From Verrucomicrobiia bacterium (GTDB lineage Bacteria; Verrucomicrobiota; Verrucomicrobiia; Palsa-1439): 64,000 nt of DNA. The position numbers and the translations under genes were made by a program. Positions 39,321 through 47,735 of the stretch are shown piece by piece. The notes beneath the pieces are model-generated. The model ran no database searches. It was given only the letters and a program-made list of their open reading frames with translations, and had not been told where the DNA came from. Each line of letters begins with the position of its first letter. Within the stretch, counting starts at the first letter, position 1. The DNA lies in assembly GCA_041495285.1 (NCBI GenBank), contig JBGQCJ010000002.1:13541-77540 (forward strand), given 5' to 3'.

Positions 39321-40322
39321 TCAGGCGGTCACTCGCGGCAAGCCGAGCGTGCGCATCGTGTGCAACCCCGCCCGGCACTCGACGAGTCGGGCCAGCGTGT
39401 TCACCAGAATGGCCGGCGTCGCAATATCACCGGGCACGCCACCCTCGATGACCAGCCGCAACGGCGGCTCGCCGACAATCTCGATCGTGTCGCGTGAGTT
39501 CGGTGCGCCAGCGTACATTTGCAGCTCGAGCGTCAGGACTTCCTTGCCGGCGCGGACGCCGCGCGCGAACTGACGCACGCCCGCCACGGCCCCCTTCTCG
39601 ACAGTGAGAAACTCGGTCCTGATCGCCTTTTCGGCAATCACCGGAGCGACGCTCTCATTGAGTTCGTCGAGAGTCCAACCGAGACCATCCGCCAAAAACA
39701 CAAGTGATTCCGCCAGACCGATGTGGCCGACTTTGCGCTGTTGGTTCAGGGAGTTGAATTGCGCCTCGGTCAAACCGGCGCCCACTTTGCGCTGCAACGC
39801 TTCGCGGCGCGTACCGGCATCCACGACGCGCAACGCGCGCACTGCCTCGATTCGTTGACAGGCCATCGTCAACAGCAGCGCCAGCGTGTCCATGACGAGG
39901 CCGGGATTCACCCCGGTGCCGACCACCGCCACCGCCTTCAGGATGCAAAGGTCATCCAGCTTCCCGGCCAGCACCTTGTGCCGGTAATAGGGGTACATCG
40001 CTTCCTCACAGGAGGTGACGCAATGCAGTCCCGCACGCACGATCTCGGTAAGCTGCTCGTAGGCTTCAAGAAAACTCGACGTCGTGCAATGAATCACCGC
40101 ATCGGCCGGCGTTTGCGCGAAGAGAACGACCGGCTTGTCGTTCACCGCGATGCCGAGTTTGCGCCCGACGCCGAGCGCTTCTCCGAGATCGTGCCCGGCC
40201 AGTTTCGGATCGCGGTCCACCGCGCCGACGAGTTGTAGGCCCGGTCGTTCCAGAACCAACCGCGCCGCCGCGCGGCCAATCGCGCCGAGGCCATATTGAA
40301 TGACGCGAATCGGTTTGCTCAT
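39321..40322 (-). CDS. NAD(P)-binding oxidoreductase, DapB-N-like / amine-dehydrogenase-like family
   Basis: 333 aa from MSKPIRVIQYGLGAIGRAAARLVLERPGLQLVGAVD (Rossmann GxGxxG). Layout resembles dihydrodipicolinate reductase-like / 2,4-diaminopentanoate dehydrogenase-like proteins. The ATG overlaps the MFS stop (ATGA). The remainder of ORF 39321..41405 is an out-of-frame read through the MFS gene. Confidence 0.7.
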   Translation of the reverse strand: MSKPIRVIQYGLGAIGRAAARLVLERPGLQLVGAVDRDPKLAGHDLGEALGVGRKLGIAVNDKPVVLFAQTPADAVIHCTTSSFLEAYEQLTEIVRAGLHCVTSCEEAMYPYYRHKVLAGKLDDLCILKAVAVVGTGVNPGLVMDTLALLLTMACQRIEAVRALRVVDAGTRREALQRKVGAGLTEAQFNSLNQQRKVGHIGLAESLVFLADGLGWTLDELNESVAPVIAEKAIRTEFLTVEKGAVAGVRQFARGVRAGKEVLTLELQMYAGAPNSRDTIEIVGEPPLRLVIEGGVPGDIATPAILVNTLARLVECRAGLHTMRTLGLPRVTA

Positions 40323-41482
40323 CGCCAACGCCATATTACCACAGCCCCGGCCACAAAGAGAATCGTCGCATAACCGAACCCGACCGCCGGCGAAAACGCC
40401 GTCCACAACACACCGACCACCGCGCTGGAAACGAAATCGCCCACGCCATTCGCCGTCGCCAGCATCCCGAATCCCATGCCGTGATGTTGCTGCTCCACCA
40501 ACTCCGCCGCCAACGAATCCTCCAGCGCCTCTTCCGTCGCCACGTAGATACCGGCCAACGCGAACACCGCGACCATCACCGGCAACGTCATCGGCGCCAA
40601 CACCAACACCAGCCCCGTCGCCGCCGCCAGCGCGTAGCCGCCGGCCAGCAACGCCCGCTTGTTGAAATGATCCGCCAGCCAGCCGGCCACGAACGCGAAC
40701 CCGGCATAGAACACGTTGTGCAGCACGTACAGCGACACGGCCACTTTCGCGCCGAGCCGCTGCGTCGCCAGCAGAATCAACATCGTATGCGCGAAATCCC
40801 CGGCGCCAAACAAGCCGACCCCGACCAGAAACCTGCGGAACGACTTTGGCAGCGCCGCCAGCCGTTCGCCGAACGAGATGTACGGCACGTGAACGCGCTC
40901 CGTTTCCTTCACCAAAACCGCAATCACAACGGCCGCCGCCAGTCCGGGAATCAACGTCAGAAAAAACACGCGCGAATAATTGTAATGCAGCGCCGTCAGC
41001 AACAGCACCCCGGTGGCCGGGCCGACAATCGCCCCGCACGTATCCATCATCCGCTCGAACCCGAACGCCCGGCCATACGTTTGCGGCGTGACGGCGGCGG
41101 CCAGCAATGCTTTCCTGACCGGCGTGCGCACGCCGCGCCCGAGCCACGCGCCCGCGCGACACAACAACACGTGCCACGCCTGCGTGGCCAATCCGAAACA
41201 CGCCGTGCCGGTCGCCGTAACGACGTAACCGGCCACCGCGATGGGTTTGCGCCGCCGCACCTGATCGGTGAAGTAGCCGGACCCCATCTTGGCGAAACTC
41301 GACAAACCATCGGACACGCCTTCGATGACGCCGAGCCACGCCGCCGCCGCGCCCATCGTCGCCAGAAATGCCGGCAGGATCGTCGTGGCCACTTCGTGCG
41401 ACCAATCGCTCAGCAAACTCGCCAGCCCGATGCCGAGCACCGTGCGATTGAGCCAGTGTGGGCGTTGGCCGTTGCGGGTCAC
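40319..41482 (-). CDS. MFS transporter
   Basis: 387 aa from GTG 41482 (the GTGA overlaps the DUF190 stop). About 12 TM segments, with an MFS loop 2-3-like motif (GYFTDQVRRRKP). Confidence 0.85.
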   Translation of the reverse strand: MTRNGQRPHWLNRTVLGIGLASLLSDWSHEVATTILPAFLATMGAAAAWLGVIEGVSDGLSSFAKMGSGYFTDQVRRRKPIAVAGYVVTATGTACFGLATQAWHVLLCRAGAWLGRGVRTPVRKALLAAAVTPQTYGRAFGFERMMDTCGAIVGPATGVLLLTALHYNYSRVFFLTLIPGLAAAVVIAVLVKETERVHVPYISFGERLAALPKSFRRFLVGVGLFGAGDFAHTMLILLATQRLGAKVAVSLYVLHNVFYAGFAFVAGWLADHFNKRALLAGGYALAAATGLVLVLAPMTLPVMVAVFALAGIYVATEEALEDSLAAELVEQQHHGMGFGMLATANGVGDFVSSAVVGVLWTAFSPAVGFGYATILFVAGAVVIWRWR

Positions 41483-41820
41483 GATTTCTTGGCTGCGCGG
41501 TAGGTGAGGATGTGGACTTTTTCGAGCGTGACGAGGCCGTCGCCGAGCATTTTGTCCAACTCCGGAATGAACGCGTTGATTTTGTCTTCTTTGTCTACGA
41601 TTTCGATCAGCACCGGGAGGTCTTCGCTGAGGCGCAGGATTTTGGCGGTGTGCAAGTGCGAGTGCGCGCCGAAACCCATCGGCCCGCGCAGGACGGTGGC
41701 GCCGGCCAGACCCATTTCCCGGGCCTTGAGCACGATGGCTTCGTAGAGCGGTGCGTGATGCCACTTGTCTTGTTCTCCGAGATAAACCCGCAACAGGAAA
41801 CCTTCGCCCTCGAGTTTCAC
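41479..41820 (-). CDS. DUF190-family protein (PII-like fold, commonly linked to crcB)
   Basis: 113 aa from GTG 41820 (the GTGA overlaps the crcB stop; GGAGG lies upstream). LLRVYLGEQDKWHHAPLYEAIVLKAREMGLAGATVLRGPMGFG...LPVLIEIVD is the DUF190 pattern. Confidence 0.8.
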   Translation of the reverse strand: MKLEGEGFLLRVYLGEQDKWHHAPLYEAIVLKAREMGLAGATVLRGPMGFGAHSHLHTAKILRLSEDLPVLIEIVDKEDKINAFIPELDKMLGDGLVTLEKVHILTYRAAKKS

Positions 41821-42224
41821 AATGCACCTCCGTGGAATTTCGCTTGCAGGAAGCGGCCCAGCACCCAACCGAGATAAACGGCGACGAGGCCGAGCAGGTT
41901 CGAGCCGATGATGTTGAGCGCGACGAACAGCCATTCGCCGTCACGCGCAAGATTCAGCGTCTGAATGCCGTAGCTGGAAAACGTCGTGTAGCCGCCGCAG
42001 AAGCCGACCATGAGAAAATCGCGCCATCCCGTTTTCAACCACGTGCGTCCGAACGAAGGATCGGAGATGGCCGCGAGGAAGCCGATGGCGAAACAGCCCA
42101 AGACGTTGATGACCATTGTGCCAAGCGGGAAGGTGGCGACGCGGGCGGAAATCACGCCGTTCAACCCGTAGCGGGCGAGGGTGCCGAGTGCTCCGCCGAT
42201 TGCCAGAAACAACACTGTCCACAT
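41817..42224 (-). CDS. crcB: fluoride ion channel CrcB/Fluc
   Basis: 135 aa with four TM segments. GGALGTLARY, GTMVINVLGCFAIGF and GFCGGYTTFSSY are CrcB hallmarks. Confidence 0.95.
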   Translation of the reverse strand: MWTVLFLAIGGALGTLARYGLNGVISARVATFPLGTMVINVLGCFAIGFLAAISDPSFGRTWLKTGWRDFLMVGFCGGYTTFSSYGIQTLNLARDGEWLFVALNIIGSNLLGLVAVYLGWVLGRFLQAKFHGGAL

Positions 42225-42240
42225 AAAGTCGTCTCCGCGT

Positions 42241-42304
42241 TGGTAGGAGTTATCAGCGCCCTGAAGTTCAGGGGCAGTTGCAGGCGAACCCCATCGCCAT
42301 CCGC
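42241..42304 (-). promoter_or_regulatory. fluoride riboswitch (crcB RNA motif)
   Basis: The minus strand reads GCGGAUGGCGAUGGGGUUCGCCUGCAACUGCCCCUGAACUUCAGGGCGCUGAUAACUCCUACCA. Features are P1 GGCG/CGCC, conserved GAUGG, AAC, P3 GCCCC/GGGGC-type stem, CUGAU and CUCCUAC, with pseudoknot pairing GGGGUU/AACUCC. It lies 17 nt upstream of the crcB AUG. Confidence 0.9.
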
Positions 42305-42469
42305 AGTTTGCCTCATGCGCGCGTCGAACTCCACAAGAAAGTCTGCTCGACCGACTGTCGCGATTTGACCACGTTGGTTAGCAATCGGCTGAAAAGTACG
42401 CCCGGTGACACAGGTGGATTTCATACAAGCTATTGCGGAGTGGGCGGTTGTGACGACATGTCGTTCGCG

Positions 42470-42485
42470 TGGCATAACGGCTGCA
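42470..42485 (+). promoter_or_regulatory. sigma54 (-24/-12) promoter for the mini-barrel/amtB/glnK operon
   Basis: TGGCAT-AACGG-CTGCA. GG (42471-72) and GC (42483-84) have the canonical 12-nt register of TGGCAC-N5-TTGCA. A possible enhancer palindrome, ACCACGTTGGT, lies at 42368-42378, about 100 nt upstream. Confidence 0.65.
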
Positions 42486-42552
42486 TAATCCCTCGCGAGC
42501 GTTGTTGGAGAAGCGAGGGTTGAGAACGAATACAACAAAAGCAGAGGGCCTT

Positions 42553-42999
42553 GTGAGAAGTCATCACCATCGAGAGCGAGTGTTGGGTGTGTGTTTGGCG
42601 GCGTTGCTGGCGACGCAAGTAACTGTGCGGGCCGACGAGCAGGAGTTGATGGAGCACATCAAGCAGTTGGAGAAACGCATTGCCAAACTCGAAAACAGAA
42701 GCGCGCAGGAAGTCAGCTTGCCGAGCGCGGAGTTGCCGCAGAAGACGCTGGATTTTCTCGGCCAAACTGAGATCAGCGGTTTCGCATCCACGTCGTTCTT
42801 CGCAGGTCCTCCCGCTGTTGACCCCGGCAACACGGAACTCACCAGCTTGACGGGCACCGTGAACTTCACGCCGATCACGAACCTGCAGATTCGTCCTGAG
42901 ATTCGTTACGATCACGCCTCCGAGTACATCTTCGCGGACGGCGCCGGTGCGAAGAAAGACCAGTTCACCATCGGTGTCGGCGTGGCCTATTTGTACTGA
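42553..42999 (+). CDS. small secreted coiled-coil plus 4-strand beta protein (OmpL/porin-2-like C-terminal fragment-sized)
   Basis: The ORF is open from 42502, but the sigma54 promoter places the TSS near 42495. GTG 42553 gives MRSHHHRERVLGVCLAALLATQVTVRA (signal peptide), then the coiled coil ELMEHIKQLEKRIAKLENR and about four amphipathic beta strands. It ends in VGVAYLY, an aromatic OMP-type terminus. Confidence 0.6.
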   Translation: MRSHHHRERVLGVCLAALLATQVTVRADEQELMEHIKQLEKRIAKLENRSAQEVSLPSAELPQKTLDFLGQTEISGFASTSFFAGPPAVDPGNTELTSLTGTVNFTPITNLQIRPEIRYDHASEYIFADGAGAKKDQFTIGVGVAYLY

Positions 43000-43036
43000 A
43001 ATCAAACAACCAAGACCCCAACAGGAGAAGCACAGA

Positions 43037-44791
43037 ATGAAGTCAAAGAATCGAACAATGAAATGGCTCGGCATTATGCTGCTGGCCTTTGTCGTGACGC
43101 TGGGGCTGGCGCGGGGCGTCCGGGCTGACGACGCGCCGAAGCCCGACCCGGCCGGCACGGCGACCGGCAACGCAGGCGACGTTCAGGATGCCGGCGGCAC
43201 GCACTTTGTCGCGAGTGCGCCGGCAGATCTCAGCGACGAGGACAAGAAGGACGCCGGCAAGGTCAAATCGTACGAGGAAGCCAAGAAGGCGTACGACGAG
43301 TATCTGGCGCAGGCGAAAATCGAGCCGCTGGCGGTCAAGCTCGCCGATGGCATCGGGCACAACCGCGTCGCCATTAACTTCATGTGGACGCTCATTACGG
43401 GCTTCCTCGTGATGTTCATGCAAGCGGGCTTTGCGCTGGTGGAAACGGGCTTGTGTCGCGCGAAAAACGCGGCGCACACGATGTCCATGAACCTGCTGAT
43501 CTATCCGCTGGGCATGCTCGGCTTCTATGTCTGCGGGTTTGCGTTCATGTTCGGCGGCCTCGGGCCGATCGGAACGATGGGCGGCTACGGCGGACTGAAT
43601 CATGAGTTCACCATCAACCTCTTCGGCAAACCGTTCGGCCTCTGTGGTCTGAATGGCTTTTTCTTGAAGGGCGGCGCGTATGACGCCTCGGTGTTCGCGT
43701 TGTTCCTGTTCCAGATGGTGTTTATGGACACGACGGCCACGATCCCGACCGGCGCGTGCGCTGAACGCTGGAAGTTTTCGTCGTTCTGCCTCTACGGCTG
43801 CTTTGTCGGCAGCGTGATGTATCCGTTCTTCGGCAACTGGGTCTGGGGCGGCGGCTGGCTGGCCATGCTCGGTCAGAACTTCGGTCTTGGTCACGGTCAC
43901 GTGGACTTCGCCGGCAGCTCCGTGGTGCATATGACGGGCGGCGTGATTGGACTGTTTTGGGCGTGGATGCTCGGGCCGCGCTACGGCAAATACAACAAGG
44001 ACGGCAGCGTCAACCCGATGCCGGCCCACAACATTGTTTACGCCATCCTCGGTACGTTCATCCTCGCGTTCGGCTGGTTCGGATTCAACCCCGGCTCGAC
44101 GCTCGCCGGCACCGACCTGCGCATCGCCGTGGTTGCCACGAACACGATGCTCGCTTCAGCAACAGGCGCGATGGCGTCCTGCCTGTGGATGTGGTGGTTC
44201 CGTACCAAGAAACCCGATCCGTCTATGATGTGCAACGGCATGCTGGCCGGTCTGGTGGCTATTACGGCACCGTGCGCATTCGTCAGCTCTGCCGGTGCCT
44301 GCATCATCGGTTTGGTCGCCGGCATCCTCGTCGTCGAATCTGTGTACTTCTGGGACAAGATGCGGATCGACGATCCCGTCGGCGCGATCTCGGTGCACGG
44401 AGTCAACGGCGCGTGGGGCTGCTTGTCCATCGGCTTGTTCGCGGACGGCACCTACGGCGACGGCTGGAACGGCGTCGCGGGCACGGTCAAAGGCCTATTT
44501 TACGGCGGTGGCATCAGTCAGTTCTGGGCCGAGGTAGTCGGCGTGACGACCAACGTCATCGTGATCGGTCTGACGACGGTCATCGTCTTCAAGATTGTGA
44601 CGCTGCTGTCCGGCGGCACACAACGTCCAGAGGAAGCCATCGAAATTGAAGGCGTGGACATTCCCGAAATGGGCGTCCACGGCTATCACGGCTTCGTGAT
44701 GGATAGGGACTCGGAAACGCCGCACCCGCGTGAGCATGCTCACGGTCGCGCGACGTCCTCGGAAAAACCGCTCGCAGCAAACACACACTAA
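43037..44791 (+). CDS. amtB: ammonium transporter (Amt family) with long N-terminal periplasmic extension
   Basis: ATG 43037 follows AGGAGAAG. Signal peptide, then about 100 aa of acidic/Lys-rich extension, then the Amt core (FMQAGFALVETG, DFAGSSVVHMTGG, GFNPGS, VHGVNGAWG). Confidence 0.95.
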   Translation: MKSKNRTMKWLGIMLLAFVVTLGLARGVRADDAPKPDPAGTATGNAGDVQDAGGTHFVASAPADLSDEDKKDAGKVKSYEEAKKAYDEYLAQAKIEPLAVKLADGIGHNRVAINFMWTLITGFLVMFMQAGFALVETGLCRAKNAAHTMSMNLLIYPLGMLGFYVCGFAFMFGGLGPIGTMGGYGGLNHEFTINLFGKPFGLCGLNGFFLKGGAYDASVFALFLFQMVFMDTTATIPTGACAERWKFSSFCLYGCFVGSVMYPFFGNWVWGGGWLAMLGQNFGLGHGHVDFAGSSVVHMTGGVIGLFWAWMLGPRYGKYNKDGSVNPMPAHNIVYAILGTFILAFGWFGFNPGSTLAGTDLRIAVVATNTMLASATGAMASCLWMWWFRTKKPDPSMMCNGMLAGLVAITAPCAFVSSAGACIIGLVAGILVVESVYFWDKMRIDDPVGAISVHGVNGAWGCLSIGLFADGTYGDGWNGVAGTVKGLFYGGGISQFWAEVVGVTTNVIVIGLTTVIVFKIVTLLSGGTQRPEEAIEIEGVDIPEMGVHGYHGFVMDRDSETPHPREHAHGRATSSEKPLAANTH

Positions 44792-45145
<354 letters not shown>

Positions 45146-45237
45146 CGGAAACGACAGAAACAGAACAAGTAACTCCAAGCAAGCTGCGCGGGACGTGGAA
45201 ACGTCCCGCACAGCCACAATTTGCAAAGGCGGCAAGC

Positions 45238-45537
45238 ATGGAAACATCAATTTGGCTGGGGCTGATCCTGGGCATGGTAATTGGCAGCGCGTTCGCCTGG
45301 CTACAGATGCTGGCCTTGCGCCGAAACGAGATGCTGGAGAAACAGCAGCAGTTGCCGGGACTGTTCAAACTCATACCGGGCTCGATGGGTCGCGTGGCTT
45401 TTTTATTGATGGCACTCGTGTTGGTGCAGGTGCTGTTCCCCGGCGTGAACCTGTGGTGGCTGACCGGCGGCCTCGTCGTGACTTACGCCATCCCGTTCAT
45501 CTGGCAGATGAAAAACAGATTCTCGCGCGTCCTCTAG
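45238..45537 (+). CDS. small membrane protein (2-3 TM), function unknown
   Basis: 99 aa with hydrophobic segments WLGLILGMVIGSAFAWL, VAFLLMALVLVQVLF and WWLTGGLVVTYAIPF. Faintly AtpI-like. Confidence 0.55.
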   Translation: METSIWLGLILGMVIGSAFAWLQMLALRRNEMLEKQQQLPGLFKLIPGSMGRVAFLLMALVLVQVLFPGVNLWWLTGGLVVTYAIPFIWQMKNRFSRVL

Positions 45538-45561
45538 ACTGGCAGTAAAAATCCTGGCCGG

Positions 45562-47076
45562 TCATTCCCGCTTCAGCGCCTTGACCGGGTCAACGTTGGC
45601 GGCGCGGTTGGCCGGCAGCAGACCGGCGAGCAGAGAAACGATCGCCGCGCCGGCCAGCAGCAGGAAGCAAAACTGCAGATTGTACGAGAAGATCGAATCG
45701 GGAATCAGCAACGCTTCCTCGGGATCGAACGCCGCCTTGCGCGCAAACCCGATCACCCAACGGCTGATACCGGCTGCCAGCGCCCAACCGAGCAACAGGC
45801 CGGTCAGCGTTCCCAACACGCCGAGCAACACCGATTCGCCGAGGAACAATCGCCGGATGTCGCGCTTCGTCGCGCCCAGCGCGCGGAACAAACCGATATC
45901 GGCCCGGCTGTCGGACACGATCTTCGAGGTCGTGCTCCACATCAACCCGCACGCCAGACCGAGAATGATCGCGCCGAACGCGAACGCGATCTTTTTCACG
46001 ACCCGCAGGCCATTGTCGAACGCCCGCGCCTGATTCTCGAATGTCCGGGCGCGTGTGGCCGCGTAGAATCCCAACTCATCAATCTTCTTGGCCACCGCTT
46101 CGATGTTCGCGCCTTGTTTGACCAGCACCACGCCTTCGCTGAACTCACCGGCGCGTGGCGTCTGCCGGCCTTGTGAACCGTACACCGCTTCGTCGGTCTC
46201 GCGCATGGGCCGGAGCGCGGCGAGTTGATTTCGTTGCCTGATCCATTTCTCGCAGAGCACCGCCGCGTCCAATGGCATCAACACCTCGTTGCCGGGACAA
46301 ATCCCGACGACGCGGGCCTTCAACGGCAACGTCGTGCTGAAAATCGTGCCGTCGTACAGCGACCGGTAATTGCGCTCCAGCGCTTCCCGTTGCGCCGCGA
46401 GGTCTTGCTCGTCCACCGCGCGGAACTCCCGCTTTGGGTAGTCGAAACGAAATCGCGGCAGGCTTGCGTAATTGTCGCCGAGCGTGATCGTGACCTCGCG
46501 TCCCATCCACGCCTCGTGTTCGACGACCGGCGCCAGCTCGAGCTTCTTGGTCTTCTCGTTCATGCGCAATCGCACGTTGCGCTCGCCGATCACCAACGGG
46601 ATCGCGTTACTGCACGCCGCCAGCAACGCCGGATTGCTCACGTACCGGCGCAGCATCGTCTCCGGCACGCCGCGCACCTGCGTCACCGGTCGCGGACGGC
46701 TCGCGAACGCATCGATGCTCAGCGTCTGCACCGTTACCGGGTGGTCGGCTGCTTCCACGTCCGACCACCCGCGCATCGTCTCGAAATCCGACTCGGTCAG
46801 GAACCGGAACCGTTTCTTCGCCTTCTGCTTGTTCTCCTCTTCACTGAGCGCGTAATCGTACGGATTCTCTCTCGCGTACATTTTAATCACGTCCTTGTCG
46901 ATCTCCTCGGTCCAAGTCGTGTTGACCACCATGTCGCGCACGCCTTTCATGAGCGAGTTGACCGTCACCACCACGATCACACCAAGCGCGACGGATACAA
47001 TGGCGAACGCCGCACGCTTTTTGCGCAGGCCGATCTTCTGCACGCTCAACCGCACCTGGTCGCGCCGTCGGATCAC
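45562..47076 (-). CDS. ABC transporter permease, FtsX/MacB-type (type VII) with large periplasmic domain
   Basis: 504 aa. TM1, then a periplasmic domain of about 300 aa, then the C-terminal FtsX three-TM bundle (FRALGATKRDIRRLFLGESVLLGVLG...). Confidence 0.9.
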   Translation of the reverse strand: MIRRRDQVRLSVQKIGLRKKRAAFAIVSVALGVIVVVTVNSLMKGVRDMVVNTTWTEEIDKDVIKMYARENPYDYALSEEENKQKAKKRFRFLTESDFETMRGWSDVEAADHPVTVQTLSIDAFASRPRPVTQVRGVPETMLRRYVSNPALLAACSNAIPLVIGERNVRLRMNEKTKKLELAPVVEHEAWMGREVTITLGDNYASLPRFRFDYPKREFRAVDEQDLAAQREALERNYRSLYDGTIFSTTLPLKARVVGICPGNEVLMPLDAAVLCEKWIRQRNQLAALRPMRETDEAVYGSQGRQTPRAGEFSEGVVLVKQGANIEAVAKKIDELGFYAATRARTFENQARAFDNGLRVVKKIAFAFGAIILGLACGLMWSTTSKIVSDSRADIGLFRALGATKRDIRRLFLGESVLLGVLGTLTGLLLGWALAAGISRWVIGFARKAAFDPEEALLIPDSIFSYNLQFCFLLLAGAAIVSLLAGLLPANRAANVDPVKALKRE

Positions 47077-47735
47077 GCCAACTCCCCCTTCTCGATGCGG
47101 ATGATGCGTTGCGCGAACGCGGCGGCCTTTTCATCGTGCGTGACGAGCAACACCGTCACGCCGCGCTCGCGGTTGATCTTTTGCAGCAATTCCATCACGC
47201 GCAAGCCGGTCTCACGGTCGAGGTTGCCGGTCGGTTCGTCGGCGAGAATGATCTTCGGCCCGGTCACCAGCGCCCGCGCGATGGCGACGCGTTGCGCTTC
47301 GCCGCCGGAAAGCTGGTCGGGTTTGTGCATCACGCGCTCGGCAAGCCCGAACTCGTCCAGCAACGTGTGGGCGCGTGCGCGCCGTTCGTGTTCCGGGACG
47401 CCGGCGAACACCAGCGGCAACGCCACGTTGTCGAGAGCGGTGTAGTAGCTTGGCAGATTGAAGAACTGAAAGACGAACCCGATGGTGTGGTTGCGGAAGG
47501 CAGATATTTGTTGGTCGTCAAGCTCACGGAGGTTTTCCCCCGAGACAATCACATCGCCAGCGGTGGGTGTGAGCAGGCCGGCAATAAGTTGGATGAGCGT
47601 CGTCTTGCCGGAGCCGCTCGGGCCCATGATCGCCTCGAAGCCGCCTTCCCGGATGTGGAGATTCAGGTTGCGCAGCGCTTGCACGCGCTCGCTTTTCAGC
47701 CGGTACTCGACGCTGACGTTTTCGAGATGGATCAC
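47073..47735 (-). CDS. ABC transporter ATP-binding protein (LolD/MacB/FtsE-like)
   Basis: Walker A GPSGSGKTT, FQFFNL, signature LSGGEAQRVAIARAL, Walker B ILADEPTGNLD and H-loop VTHD. 4-nt overlap with the permease gene. Confidence 0.95.
   Translation of the reverse strand: MIHLENVSVEYRLKSERVQALRNLNLHIREGGFEAIMGPSGSGKTTLIQLIAGLLTPTAGDVIVSGENLRELDDQQISAFRNHTIGFVFQFFNLPSYYTALDNVALPLVFAGVPEHERRARAHTLLDEFGLAERVMHKPDQLSGGEAQRVAIARALVTGPKIILADEPTGNLDRETGLRVMELLQKINRERGVTVLLVTHDEKAAAFAQRIIRIEKGELA

Noticed and set aside
40323-41405. N-terminal ~360 codons of the 694-aa ORF 39321..41405
   Set aside because: This is an alternative frame of the MFS transporter gene on the same strand, and it is Gly/Arg/Val-rich. 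The Rossmann-fold protein starts at 40322.
45188-45209. Hairpin GCGGGACG-TGGAAA-CGTCCCGC after glnK
   Set aside because: The stem is good but no U-run follows (the next bases are ACAGCCACAA). It may be a weak or factor-dependent terminator, and the evidence is not enough for a feature call.
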